Below are positions 1-8,851 of a stretch of DNA of 64,000 bases, in pieces (the first letter of the stretch is position 1; each line of letters opens with the position of its first letter). The notes beneath the pieces are model-generated. The model searched no databases. It was not told the DNA's origin and saw nothing but the letters and a program-made list of their open reading frames with translations. Location: positions 1-64,000 of the IMG/VR virus record IMGVR_UViG_3300047678_000169; one strand, given 5' to 3'. The DNA comes from a virus. A program made the position numbers and the translations under genes.

Positions 1-444
1 TGCTTTTTGGTGAAGCATCTCAAATGGACGAACATAAGTGTTCTTCGCAATCTCAACCTCCTCACCAACTTGGAGAGGAGTCCACTTGAGGTCATAGCGC
101 AACCAGTTACCATTGCGGAGCTTGATGAACTCAATCAAATCGGAGATTGCATAATTCTCTCCAGCGGGATAAAAAATCTCCAGTGACTTGTTGTGGTCAC
201 GAGTCTCAGGATTTTTTGAGGTTCCGCGGCCGGTATTACGACAACCAATGAAACTCGGAAGACCGAGTGTATGGTCGCCGTGGCCGTGGCCTAGAAAGAT
301 TTTGGTGATGTTGGAAATCTCATTACCAAGGTGGGTAGCACAACCCTCACCACAGTCAAACAAAATGTTGTAGCGGGGCACGTGGCACCATGAGCTATAA
401 AGGGCTCTGCTGAAAAGGGTTGCTCCGTATGGTTTATCGGTCAT
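1..444 (-). CDS. rnz: tRNase Z (Thermotoga-type) metallo-beta-lactamase, C-terminus runs off the window
   Basis: Not in the ORF track. My translation from ATG 444: MTDKPYGATLFSRALYSSWCHVPRYNILFDCGEGCATHLG...KIFLGHGHGDHTLGL. It has HxHxDH and the FSxALxSxW..LFDxGEG pattern of T. maritima-type tRNase Z. Confidence 0.8.
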   Translation of the reverse strand, partial: MTDKPYGATLFSRALYSSWCHVPRYNILFDCGEGCATHLGNEISNITKIFLGHGHGDHTLGLPSFIGCRNTGRGTSKNPETRDHNKSLEIFYPAGENYAISDLIEFIKLRNGNWLRYDLKWTPLQVGEEVEIAKNTYVRPFEMLHQKA

Positions 445-451
445 AACAAGA

Positions 452-480
452 ATTATCGTCTTTTGATTATAAAATGTCAA
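452..480 (-). promoter_or_regulatory. sigma70-like promoter TTGACA-17-GATAAT for the RNase Z gene
   Basis: Minus strand ttgacattttataatcaaaagacgataat, just upstream of ATG 444. Confidence 0.6.
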
Positions 481-483
481 CTA

Positions 484-1161
484 TTATTTGAGTAGTTGTG
501 TATCTGTATAATAGTCTTTGGGTTGTGTATAAACCGGCTCTCTAAGTCCCTTGGAATAAATCTCTTGAAATACAAGGCCATGAATGTGATGTTTGGTCAG
601 AATTTTCTTTGCCTCAAGAAAATCTATTCTAAATTTCTCATCAGTTTTTCCGAGTCGGTAATAATCAAGAACATCCTTATAGTGTTTCAATACTTCTGGA
701 CCAGATGCATCGCATAACCAATGATAATCTCCCAAGTATTTAAGTTTGTATTCAATTATTTCTTTTGCTGGAAAAACTGTTATGGGTCTACCATGAAGAA
801 TAACCGTTTTTAAATGAGGAATGTCTAAAAAGTTATCGTGTTTATACAAATAGATTTTTTCTCCAGTGGATTTCAACGTGAATCTAGCTTCTCCACTTAT
901 TCTCGGAGTATCTGTGAAATATTTGTCCTTCGCCTGGTCTTTCAAGTATTCATAAACACTATCATACACAAATTGAGATAGACAAAAATTTAGATTTGAA
1001 ACTTTTCTTTTAACAATTCCGTGAACATTTAACGAAAACGACCCGCCGACCAATATATCGGGAGTTCTACTTCTCTGTTTGAATTTTTCAAGAATTTCAT
1101 GAAGCGCATCCAACAGCTCGTCGGACACTTCATCATCAAATTCAAATGTCTTGTGATTCAT
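484..1161 (-). CDS. nucleotidyltransferase-fold protein with degenerate catalytic motif
   Basis: ILVGGSFSLNVHG..KRKVSNLNF resembles GGSxALxxxG..RxxxDxD, but DxD is NxN; late K(H/D)xxD motif (KHYKD). Confidence 0.45.
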   Translation of the reverse strand: MNHKTFEFDDEVSDELLDALHEILEKFKQRSRTPDILVGGSFSLNVHGIVKRKVSNLNFCLSQFVYDSVYEYLKDQAKDKYFTDTPRISGEARFTLKSTGEKIYLYKHDNFLDIPHLKTVILHGRPITVFPAKEIIEYKLKYLGDYHWLCDASGPEVLKHYKDVLDYYRLGKTDEKFRIDFLEAKKILTKHHIHGLVFQEIYSKGLREPVYTQPKDYYTDTQLLK

Positions 1162-1762
1162 TTTTTAAAATATATGTGTAGATGTTTTTACACTTACTCA
1201 TGATAATCTTTGCCTGTCCATTGTCAACAGCATCTACAAGTCTCTGAGCAAATGGTTTTAAACCATCTTTATACTTAACTCTCAAACATCTATCATGATA
1301 AAGTCGTCCATTGAACTCAACCAATTTTTGTGGTTTGATTTGTCCACCATATTTAAAATTAGAAGCCTTGTAAATGATTCCTTCATGACCATAAGTTAAG
1401 TCAGAATAACTAACGACCAAAGCGTAGTCAGTATGGTGTTTCATCCAGCGCAAACAACATCCAATGAAATAGCTTTCAGTATTTTTTGGTGTGGCGTCAA
1501 TACAACACAATCTTCTCAATTCAATAACAGCTCTAGGTCTACTCTTGACGTAATGAGTATCTATTCCTTTGGTAGCCGGTTCACCAAAAATAGCAGCACC
1601 AATCAATTCCGTTCCATTTAAGAGTTTGAAGCAATACTTACTTTTGACTCCATTGATACTTTTACTATAATGCCACTTTTCAACGAAGTCCTTAATGTCC
1701 TTTCGTGAACATGGCTCAAAAGTAAAAGTTTTAACCGACTGTTGACTCACTTGAAGCGGCAT
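1142..1762 (-). CDS. mom: Mom-family DNA (adenine) modification protein
   Basis: WHYSK, GAAIFG, ELRRLC, KNTESYFIG, VVSYSDLTYGHEGIIYKASNF are Mom/GNAT-like motifs. Confidence 0.75.
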   Translation of the reverse strand: MPLQVSQQSVKTFTFEPCSRKDIKDFVEKWHYSKSINGVKSKYCFKLLNGTELIGAAIFGEPATKGIDTHYVKSRPRAVIELRRLCCIDATPKNTESYFIGCCLRWMKHHTDYALVVSYSDLTYGHEGIIYKASNFKYGGQIKPQKLVEFNGRLYHDRCLRVKYKDGLKPFAQRLVDAVDNGQAKIIMSKCKNIYTYILKNESQDI

Positions 1763-1964
1763 GCGTTTTCAAAGTCAAAGTTCCATCTTTCTCAACATAG
1801 AAATCCATTGTATCACTGTCTCTTCCATCAGCATGAATGTAGAAGCTGATTTTACCTTCCCTTAGTTCAGCTCTAATTTTGTGGTCAATTGCTGGATAGC
1901 CAACTGTTCCATTTGATGTAAGATTTTTGTAGAAATAGTCGTATAAATTTTTCATGATTTCCAT
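1731..1964 (-). CDS. hypothetical protein
   Basis: ORF in a tightly packed minus-strand operon. Confidence 0.55.
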   Translation of the reverse strand: MEIMKNLYDYFYKNLTSNGTVGYPAIDHKIRAELREGKISFYIHADGRDSDTMDFYVEKDGTLTLKTHAASSESTVG

Positions 1965-2236
1965 CCATTGTTTAATTGTTCATCCAAATATTTTTGAAGC
2001 TTCTCCATTTGAGATTTTTCAAAAACCAGTTCATCGTTGAATGGTCGCCCATGGCGTAAAAATCTCCACGCATGTCTAAATCTTTCTTTCCAAGACATAG
2101 AGCCGTGTCCATTATGTCCTCGACACCATTGGGACAGATACCACATAGAAATCTTTTCATCTGGGTCCTTTTCAATTACGAGAAGGTGAGTGTGACATGA
2201 ACAATCAATGTAAACTTTGTCTTTATCTTCTGACAT
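1952..2236 (-). CDS. hypothetical protein (CSCH motif)
   Basis: ORF in operon context. Confidence 0.6.
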   Translation of the reverse strand: MSEDKDKVYIDCSCHTHLLVIEKDPDEKISMWYLSQWCRGHNGHGSMSWKERFRHAWRFLRHGRPFNDELVFEKSQMEKLQKYLDEQLNNGWKS

Positions 2237-2292
2237 AACTTGTTATGATGACTTCACTGGTCAAAAAGTCAAACCATTTCTCAACACTTATT

Positions 2293-3651
2293 TTATGGGT
2301 AGTGAACTGATGTAATAACTGTTCCAGAAGATACCGCGGCGAAGTAACCCAAACCAGAACCCCATGCAACACCACGATAAGTGTTGCTTGGAGTCGAAAT
2401 GGAACGTGTAACAAAGGTCAATCCATTTGAAGTGGTCAACAAGGCTGTTGCGCCGCCGCCACCTACAATTACCATTTGATTCAATTCAGGACTCCAAGAA
2501 CCAGCGTTTGGCGTAATGTCCACTGGAGTTGAAACATCTGTCCAATTTATACCATTCGTTGTTCTCATGAGCGTGCTAGGAGAATCGGAGTTAAAGGCTA
2601 AGATGAATCCAGGAGCAACCGCCATCTTTTCCCATTGACGAGCACTGGACGCTGAACGAACAGTCCAATCTTGTCCGTTTGGAGAAGTCATTACTCTGTT
2701 GGTTCCTGTATTAGCCACAGCAACGAACAAGCTTGCAGTTTCGAACCACTTAACATCGAACCATTGATTTGCCTCTGGTTGAGAAGCAAGTGACCAACTC
2801 GTTGCATTGTCTGAGTAGATAGGAGCTCCGGTTGACGACACCGCTACCAATCTGTTAGTGTTGCTTACCGCCAAGCCACGATAACTTGTAGCAGCCGGAG
2901 CAGCGGAACCAGTCCAACCAATGCCAGTTGAAGAGTGCATTATTCTATTTGTTCCAGAACCAGCCACAGCAACATATTTGTTCAATCCACCAGCCCACAC
3001 GATACCTCTCCACGAGCTTGCTTCACTTGCTGTAGCATCTGTCCATGTTGTAGCCGTATCGGAATACATTACACGGTTTGTTCCAAAATCAGCAACGGCC
3101 ACAAATCGGCTGGCTGTTGGATTATACGCCACAGAAGTCCAACTTCCGGAACCAGCTGCTCTATTTGTCCATGTTCCTAAATAATTTTCAGGATTTGGTG
3201 TAGGAGTTGGAGTCGGCGTAGGCGTTAAAGTTGGTGTGGGCGTTGGTGTAGGAGTGGACGACGGCGTTGGTGTTGGGGTTATAGTTGGGGTCGGAGTCGG
3301 TGTAGGCGTAGGAGTAGGAGTAGGGCTAGGCGCAAACACCACAAAGAACGCTTGATTGATTGCTGTCTTTTGCCAGCCCGTTGAACCATTCCCATAAGCT
3401 TTATACCAAGTTTCCGATTCATCCACGAAGGTCAATCGAAATGAGTCGATGTTGGTATACCAGGTTTGGTTTGAATATCTATAAGCAAACGACTTCTTAG
3501 CCACTTCAATTCTTTCTCCAGTTCCATTTGAATAATTGAGAGAAAATACGTCTCCATTTCTAAATAGATAGGTGCCCGCTGGCGCTGAGATAATATTCTC
3601 AGGATTACTATCATCTAGCTCAACCAATCGGGTTATGGGATTTACTCTCAT
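2293..3651 (-). CDS. putative virion fibre/adhesin: N-terminal anchor, Pro-Thr linker, beta-propeller with SxDGxxW (BNR-like) repeats
   Basis: [16 protein letters not shown] fibre-type motif, (PT)n linker, repeated VAVAxxGTNRVMxSxxGxxW blades; TATTTATA motif 5 nt upstream. Confidence 0.65.
   Translation of the reverse strand: MRVNPITRLVELDDSNPENIISAPAGTYLFRNGDVFSLNYSNGTGERIEVAKKSFAYRYSNQTWYTNIDSFRLTFVDESETWYKAYGNGSTGWQKTAINQAFFVVFAPSPTPTPTPTPTPTPTITPTPTPSSTPTPTPTPTLTPTPTPTPTPNPENYLGTWTNRAAGSGSWTSVAYNPTASRFVAVADFGTNRVMYSDTATTWTDATASEASSWRGIVWAGGLNKYVAVAGSGTNRIMHSSTGIGWTGSAAPAATSYRGLAVSNTNRLVAVSSTGAPIYSDNATSWSLASQPEANQWFDVKWFETASLFVAVANTGTNRVMTSPNGQDWTVRSASSARQWEKMAVAPGFILAFNSDSPSTLMRTTNGINWTDVSTPVDITPNAGSWSPELNQMVIVGGGGATALLTTSNGLTFVTRSISTPSNTYRGVAWGSGLGYFAAVSSGTVITSVHYP
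3190..3330 (-). repeat. Pro-Thr dipeptide repeat linker
   Basis: Degenerate 6-nt repeat encoding [10 protein letters not shown]... Confidence 0.9.
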
Positions 3652-3680
3652 TCCCCTATAAATATACCGTTTGGGTCTAT

Positions 3681-3956
3681 TTACTTCGATGTATTGGTCA
3701 ACAATGCTAGCTCAGTTTGAATTTCTTTAAGCTGAGCTTTTCTAGCAATGAGTCTCTTTTCGAGAATTTGAACACGCTTCAATTTAGCCGCAATCCACTT
3801 TTCATATTTGTTCTTCGTCTTCAGATACTCTTCAGTTCTTTGCTCTTTAACCGATATAATATCAGCGCATTCTTTTTCGACAATGGCGCTCCATTCTTGA
3901 AGAAGTTTCTTTTTTTCTTCGTCGGTTGGTGGTGGAACTGAATTATCTCCTTTCAT
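3681..3956 (-). CDS. hypothetical coiled-coil protein
   Basis: ORF rich in K/E heptads. Confidence 0.55.
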   Translation of the reverse strand: MKGDNSVPPPTDEEKKKLLQEWSAIVEKECADIISVKEQRTEEYLKTKNKYEKWIAAKLKRVQILEKRLIARKAQLKEIQTELALLTNTSK

Positions 3957-4456
3957 TGATTTGGGTCTAACTTAAATGCCTTCTTTGGGCCAAATGGATT
4001 GTTAACATACAAAAAGTAATGATTGTAACAGAGTAATTGAAGATTTTCCAGTGCCATGTTCTTTGGATTGTCATCTTTAAAATTTAAAATAAGTGGAACA
4101 ATTTTGTCTGCTATTCGTTTTTCATTGAATCCACACATATCACACTTTTCTTCAAGTTTCCCAGCTCTAATGCATCTAACTCTAAGTCGGTTGCCAGGAT
4201 AGTCAGGAAACTCATTTGCGAACACCCTGCTTAGCGGATATTTGCCAGACTCTTCGTTCTTAATGGGCTTCTCCATTCCCTTTCCAGAACGATTCTTTAC
4301 CCTACCATATATACCATATAGTTCGGCGTATTTTTTATAGGTATTGACCGAAATACCAAGTTTTCTAGCTGCCTCACTTTCCGACTTTGATATACTTTGA
4401 GCGGCTAAAATTTCACTTTCAAGTGGTGGTCTTCTCAATATACCGCTTATCTTCAT
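3953..4456 (-). CDS. HTH plus degenerate HNH-like zinc-binding protein
   Basis: SESEAARKLGISVNTYKKY helix-turn-helix; CDMCG...NPKNMALENLQLLCYNH is HNH-like but lacks the first His. Confidence 0.65.
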   Translation of the reverse strand: MKISGILRRPPLESEILAAQSISKSESEAARKLGISVNTYKKYAELYGIYGRVKNRSGKGMEKPIKNEESGKYPLSRVFANEFPDYPGNRLRVRCIRAGKLEEKCDMCGFNEKRIADKIVPLILNFKDDNPKNMALENLQLLCYNHYFLYVNNPFGPKKAFKLDPNQ

Positions 4457-4701
4457 TTTAGTTCCATGATGGGAAAATTAGCATCAATTATGATGAAATC
4501 TCCAAGGTCAGTTTCCAATGTATAAAACGATTCAGTTGGAGTCCATACGAATAACCAGCCGTCAATTTGGTCACATTTACATCTTTTAAAGACTTTGGTT
4601 CCAACGCCCTTGACACTGATATACACACTGTCAATGTAGCTAAAATCATTCAGCTCTTTTGCTATATCTTCTGAAAAATTCTTAGCTTCCTTTGAGTTCA
4701 T
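4453..4701 (-). CDS. hypothetical protein
   Basis: ORF with ATGA coupling to neighbours. Confidence 0.6.
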   Translation of the reverse strand: MNSKEAKNFSEDIAKELNDFSYIDSVYISVKGVGTKVFKRCKCDQIDGWLFVWTPTESFYTLETDLGDFIIIDANFPIMELK

Positions 4702-5036
4702 GTGTAAGATACTCCAATATCATCTAAAGCTAAATCTTGTCCTGAGCCAGATAGAAAATTATTTCTAAGGTCTTGAGCTAATTCAAACTCGCCTACATTA
4801 TTCAAACAGATAAACGAATTGACCATTGCCTCTTTTTTTGATTTATCCTTTTTAACAATTAATAGGGGCCCTAAATTCAATTTATCTTCTGACTTCAATC
4901 GAGCTTCCAATGCTTGAGAAGCAGCTTCAATCAGTTGGTCGCGGTCTGTTTCAAAAATACTGCCGTCAATAGAAACTTCGAGTTTCCAATCAACGCCTTC
5001 AACGTGATATAATGTAGTTGTGTCTGCCATGTTCAT
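4698..5036 (-). CDS. hypothetical protein
   Basis: ORF preceded by TACTTATA motif. Confidence 0.6.
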   Translation of the reverse strand: MNMADTTTLYHVEGVDWKLEVSIDGSIFETDRDQLIEAASQALEARLKSEDKLNLGPLLIVKKDKSKKEAMVNSFICLNNVGEFELAQDLRNNFLSGSGQDLALDDIGVSYT

Positions 5037-5080
5037 ATAAGTATTTTACTGATAAGACAATAACTCTATTTGAATGTTAG

Positions 5081-6745
5081 TCAAGATTTAATTTCGTCAA
5101 ATACACTACCAACAAGGAGTTCCCCATCATTGATGGTATCGAGATTTTCTAATTTTGCTTTGACTCTTTCACATGTTTCTTCTTCTTCTGTGTTGGCTAT
5201 GAAGATGATTTTTTGTAAAGATTTTGATTTTGCTCCATCTCTATGAATTCTACCCAAGGCCTGACGAAGATTGACTGCTGAGGGCGTTGGTGAAATTAAC
5301 GCTATTCTTGGATACTTACCATTTAAGTCATGAAGAGACAGCCCGGCGCCGCCTGCTTGAACATTAACTAAAATAACTCTTTGTTCATCGGCTTGGAATG
5401 CGTCAATGTTTTTGTCACGTTCATTTCCCTTATTCTCTCCCCAAACAATACAATTGGTGTTGAGTCTCTTGGAGAGTGCCTTGATGGTTTCACTAAAATT
5501 CAAAAACACTGCTACAGACATTCCATCTTCAAGAGAGTCTTCAATCATTTCAACAAACAAAGGAACCTTGAGTAATTCAGATTTTTGTCTAGCACGTAGT
5601 TGAATAACCATTGCATTGATTTTCCACTCTGCTGTGTTCTTACACTTAGCACTAAGAAGAGTTAGCTCACGATTCATTTCAGCGTAAACTTGTTTCATTT
5701 CTTTCTCAGACACATCATCGATGTTATAAGCTTCAGCGATAATCTCGCAATCAGGAAATCCTTTAATGTCTTCTTTTCTGATTCTGACTCCGCGTTTTAA
5801 GAACAATTCCGCATGGAGCTTTTTCAAAACGCCCTTATCTCCACCAAACTCCCAACCAAATCTACCTTTCTGGCAATCGTGGTCACGAAGAAATTGTGGA
5901 AATCCTTTTTTATACAACCCTAAGATTAATCCGGTAGCCTTCAATTCAATTGGATTGATGGCGTTGGTGGCTGAGCAACAAAGTATTTGGTATTTTTGTT
6001 TCTTAGCGGCGACGGCAATTTCTGCGTTTTGAGTTCCATGCCCCTTGAGTCGATGGCTTTCGTCAAAAATGATTAAAGTATCTTTTGGAAGATTCCATTG
6101 AAAAAATTCTCTATTACTGTCTCGGCTCACCGCTTTCCATGTTCCAATGTCTTTGTATTTTCCGGTTTTAACCGACTCATAGTTCAAAACAAACACGGGC
6201 TTCATTCCAAAGTGCTTTGTTATGACTCTCTTCCAAGCAGATATAACAGATTTAGGACAAACAACGGCTATCTTCAATCCCAACTCTCTAGCCGTTGCTG
6301 TAGCGACATATGTTTTACCAGCTCCTGTATCAGAACCGTCGATAGCAGCTTTATTCTGTTTAATTGCTGAACAGAGTTGGGATACAAGTGGGACTTGCCA
6401 CTCTCTCAAACCCTCAACGTTCTTTACTTCATATTTCGGGAGAGTTGTCTCTGTTGGAATATCCTCAACCGAAACTTTTACCTTTGGATTTTCTTTTCCA
6501 AATGATTCCTTAAAATCACCCTTTCTTATTTGCCACTCATTGAGAGCCCAGCGGCCTTGGGTGTTTTTTCCTATTGAATATCCCTTGGCTCTTAAAACCA
6601 ATTTTTGTTTATTCCAAAATACAAAGAATCCCTCAAGAAATTCAATGGGTATTACCCAACTACGCACCCATTTTGTCCCATACTTGGTATTGACCTTGAT
6701 GGGTTCTGCCCACTGAATAGCAATTCCCATTCCACCAGCACTCAT
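5081..6745 (-). CDS. SF2 (SNF2-like) helicase
   Basis: DTGAGKT, DESH, SAT, AGGAGLSL, QALGRIHR motifs. Confidence 0.9.
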   Translation of the reverse strand: MSAGGMGIAIQWAEPIKVNTKYGTKWVRSWVIPIEFLEGFFVFWNKQKLVLRAKGYSIGKNTQGRWALNEWQIRKGDFKESFGKENPKVKVSVEDIPTETTLPKYEVKNVEGLREWQVPLVSQLCSAIKQNKAAIDGSDTGAGKTYVATATARELGLKIAVVCPKSVISAWKRVITKHFGMKPVFVLNYESVKTGKYKDIGTWKAVSRDSNREFFQWNLPKDTLIIFDESHRLKGHGTQNAEIAVAAKKQKYQILCCSATNAINPIELKATGLILGLYKKGFPQFLRDHDCQKGRFGWEFGGDKGVLKKLHAELFLKRGVRIRKEDIKGFPDCEIIAEAYNIDDVSEKEMKQVYAEMNRELTLLSAKCKNTAEWKINAMVIQLRARQKSELLKVPLFVEMIEDSLEDGMSVAVFLNFSETIKALSKRLNTNCIVWGENKGNERDKNIDAFQADEQRVILVNVQAGGAGLSLHDLNGKYPRIALISPTPSAVNLRQALGRIHRDGAKSKSLQKIIFIANTEEEETCERVKAKLENLDTINDGELLVGSVFDEIKS

Positions 6746-6747
6746 TA

Positions 6748-7065
6748 TTAATCTCCGTGCTCGTTTCTACCCTTAAATGATTTGTCAGCTTCAAAAATAT
6801 TACAACGAACTGGCTGAGAATCTTTACGAATAACTCCAACGTTAAAATACTGCTCCATCTGTTCATAAAAGGCTCTACCAGCATTGTCATCTTCACCGAA
6901 GCCAAGTTCGCTACAAGAAAACATATAGTCTTTTCTTGATTGACCGAATTTTCTCTTACACATTTCTTCAAGGTGTTTTACAACACCGCTGGTCGAATTG
7001 AATGTTATGACTGGAGTTTTTCCACCTTTGGTGCTTGTTGAATCGATGATGTAATATGTTGACAT
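6748..7065 (-). CDS. hypothetical protein
   Basis: ORF in operon. Confidence 0.6.
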   Translation of the reverse strand: MSTYYIIDSTSTKGGKTPVITFNSTSGVVKHLEEMCKRKFGQSRKDYMFSCSELGFGEDDNAGRAFYEQMEQYFNVGVIRKDSQPVRCNIFEADKSFKGRNEHGD

Positions 7066-7066
7066 G

Positions 7067-7231
7067 TTAATTTCCTGTTAGTCTGAGGTCGCCTTGGATG
7101 GTGACTATTTTCATGGGGTCTTGTTTGAGCCAAATGTTATTATCGGAATCAACATAAATTAAGTCCAAATCAACTGCTTGTTGAATTGTAATGGGTTGGT
7201 CGTTATAATAAATCTGTCCACTGTATGCCAT
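7067..7231 (-). CDS. small hypothetical protein (54 aa, MAYSGQIYYNDQPITIQQ...)
   Basis: Not in the track. Fills the gap exactly and is preceded by TACTTAT (7238-7244). Confidence 0.55.
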   Translation of the reverse strand: MAYSGQIYYNDQPITIQQAVDLDLIYVDSDNNIWLKQDPMKIVTIQGDLRLTGN

Positions 7232-7260
7232 GTTATGATAAGTATATATGAAACAAAGAA

Positions 7261-8265
7261 TCAGTCGTGATTACCGCCCGCAAATCCAGCCTTTCTACCA
7301 TCGTTTGTTGAAGTGGGCTTTTTATTCATTAGGCCGGAAAGTGTTTCCAGAGCATCTTCAAACTTGTTTCCAAGACACTTGACACTGATAACTAACTCTG
7401 CCATTGCAGCGAAGCTGAATCCTTCTGTTTTTTCAACCCACACATCAATTTCTTTATCATCGAGTCCGAGTTTGTTCGTATAATACATCTTTCTTACAGC
7501 GACGTTTGGCATTCCAATTTTCAACACTCTGTCGAATCGTCTTGGGCGCCCGACCAATCTCTTATCCAATTTTTCAGGATAGTTTGTGGTTGCGATGTTC
7601 AATACTTTATCAATTTGAGATTCACCATCCAAAATTGATAGGATTGTATCTTCTCCAAAGCTGTCAATGATTGAATCTAAATCTTCAAATATACAAACAA
7701 CGTTTCTGTTTGGTTCAACTTCTCTAAAAGCAGCCAATGCTAGTGCCAACACCGATGGATTGTCGCAGATGAAAACAATTCCGGTCTTATCAATAATCTT
7801 CTTGATGATTTGCTGAACCAATGATGTTTTTCCGCCGCCGGCCGGTCCGTAGAGCAAATATCCTCTACGATGAAGAAATCCATATTTCTTAAAATTGGCT
7901 GCTTTGTTCCAAAACCCTTCAATTTCAGTCAAAATGGTGTTGCTAAGTGAATCTGGAAATTCTAGTAGGTCGTCAACATTGATTTCTGTTTTGTAGATGA
8001 TGATTTCATTGTTCTTGACCTTGATTCTGAATACACCAGATTCAAGTGTCTTTCGTGTCTTCTGAATTGACACAAATTCATTCGGACCACAATACGCCCA
8101 TTGTGACTTTCTTACCTTGGCAAATAAATCGCCACCTTCATCGTCTGATGAAGTTCCACCAAGAATTTCATGAATGTTTCTCGGGGCTCTTTGTCTCGCC
8201 GGAGTTATTTTTAGGTCGGCTGAGTCTGTTCCACTACCAAATTCTTCCAATGGGCTGTTAGTCAT
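7261..8265 (-). CDS. AAA+ ATPase (BCS1/FtsH-like clade)
   Basis: RRGYLLYGPAGGGKT, FEDLD, ATTNYPEKLD, RPRRFD. Confidence 0.9.
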   Translation of the reverse strand: MTNSPLEEFGSGTDSADLKITPARQRAPRNIHEILGGTSSDDEGGDLFAKVRKSQWAYCGPNEFVSIQKTRKTLESGVFRIKVKNNEIIIYKTEINVDDLLEFPDSLSNTILTEIEGFWNKAANFKKYGFLHRRGYLLYGPAGGGKTSLVQQIIKKIIDKTGIVFICDNPSVLALALAAFREVEPNRNVVCIFEDLDSIIDSFGEDTILSILDGESQIDKVLNIATTNYPEKLDKRLVGRPRRFDRVLKIGMPNVAVRKMYYTNKLGLDDKEIDVWVEKTEGFSFAAMAELVISVKCLGNKFEDALETLSGLMNKKPTSTNDGRKAGFAGGNHD

Positions 8266-8266
8266 A

Positions 8267-8803
8267 TTAGCGATATTCTGGTTTTAGTAATCTCCACTTA
8301 TCTCCGTCGATTGGTTTTTCTCCCGAATCGATTTTTTTCAACATAGAAACGATTTCGTCAACGCTGTTGTAAATATACTTGTGAGGAAACATAGCTAAGA
8401 GCCAAAGAGGACACAGTTTCTTCCCACCTTCGATGGATATGAAAACTGGCTTTTTCATGCGACATGATGTTACCAGCTCTTCTGCGCTTCCCCAAGAAGC
8501 AACGGTTGGCTTGATGTGAGCCACCAAGAAATCTGAAATGTCGCATAATCTCAAATCATAATTGCGGACAGGCTTCATTCTCTCCGTAACTTCATCATAT
8601 TTTTCAGCCGCCATTAGGTCAGCCAATTTGGCTCGTGTTCCTTCATCCTCTGGCGTATCGTCCATGAACGGCTTTTTATATGGGTCAAATGTAATGACTC
8701 CAAGCTTGTCCATTTCTTTTGTAAAGTCTTCTCTCCAACCTCTTCCATTGGCATATTGCATGTGCCCAATGGTATAAACTTTTGTTTTATGTAATATTCC
8801 CAT
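8267..8803 (-). CDS. nucleoside 2-deoxyribosyltransferase-like protein
   Basis: VYTIGHM..WRE, FDPY, DLRLCDISDFLVA, SWGSAEE pattern. Confidence 0.65.
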   Translation of the reverse strand: MGILHKTKVYTIGHMQYANGRGWREDFTKEMDKLGVITFDPYKKPFMDDTPEDEGTRAKLADLMAAEKYDEVTERMKPVRNYDLRLCDISDFLVAHIKPTVASWGSAEELVTSCRMKKPVFISIEGGKKLCPLWLLAMFPHKYIYNSVDEIVSMLKKIDSGEKPIDGDKWRLLKPEYR

Positions 8804-8851
8804 GAGACAGAATCATTTCATATAGAAGTGATTCTGTCAATGTATAATAAC

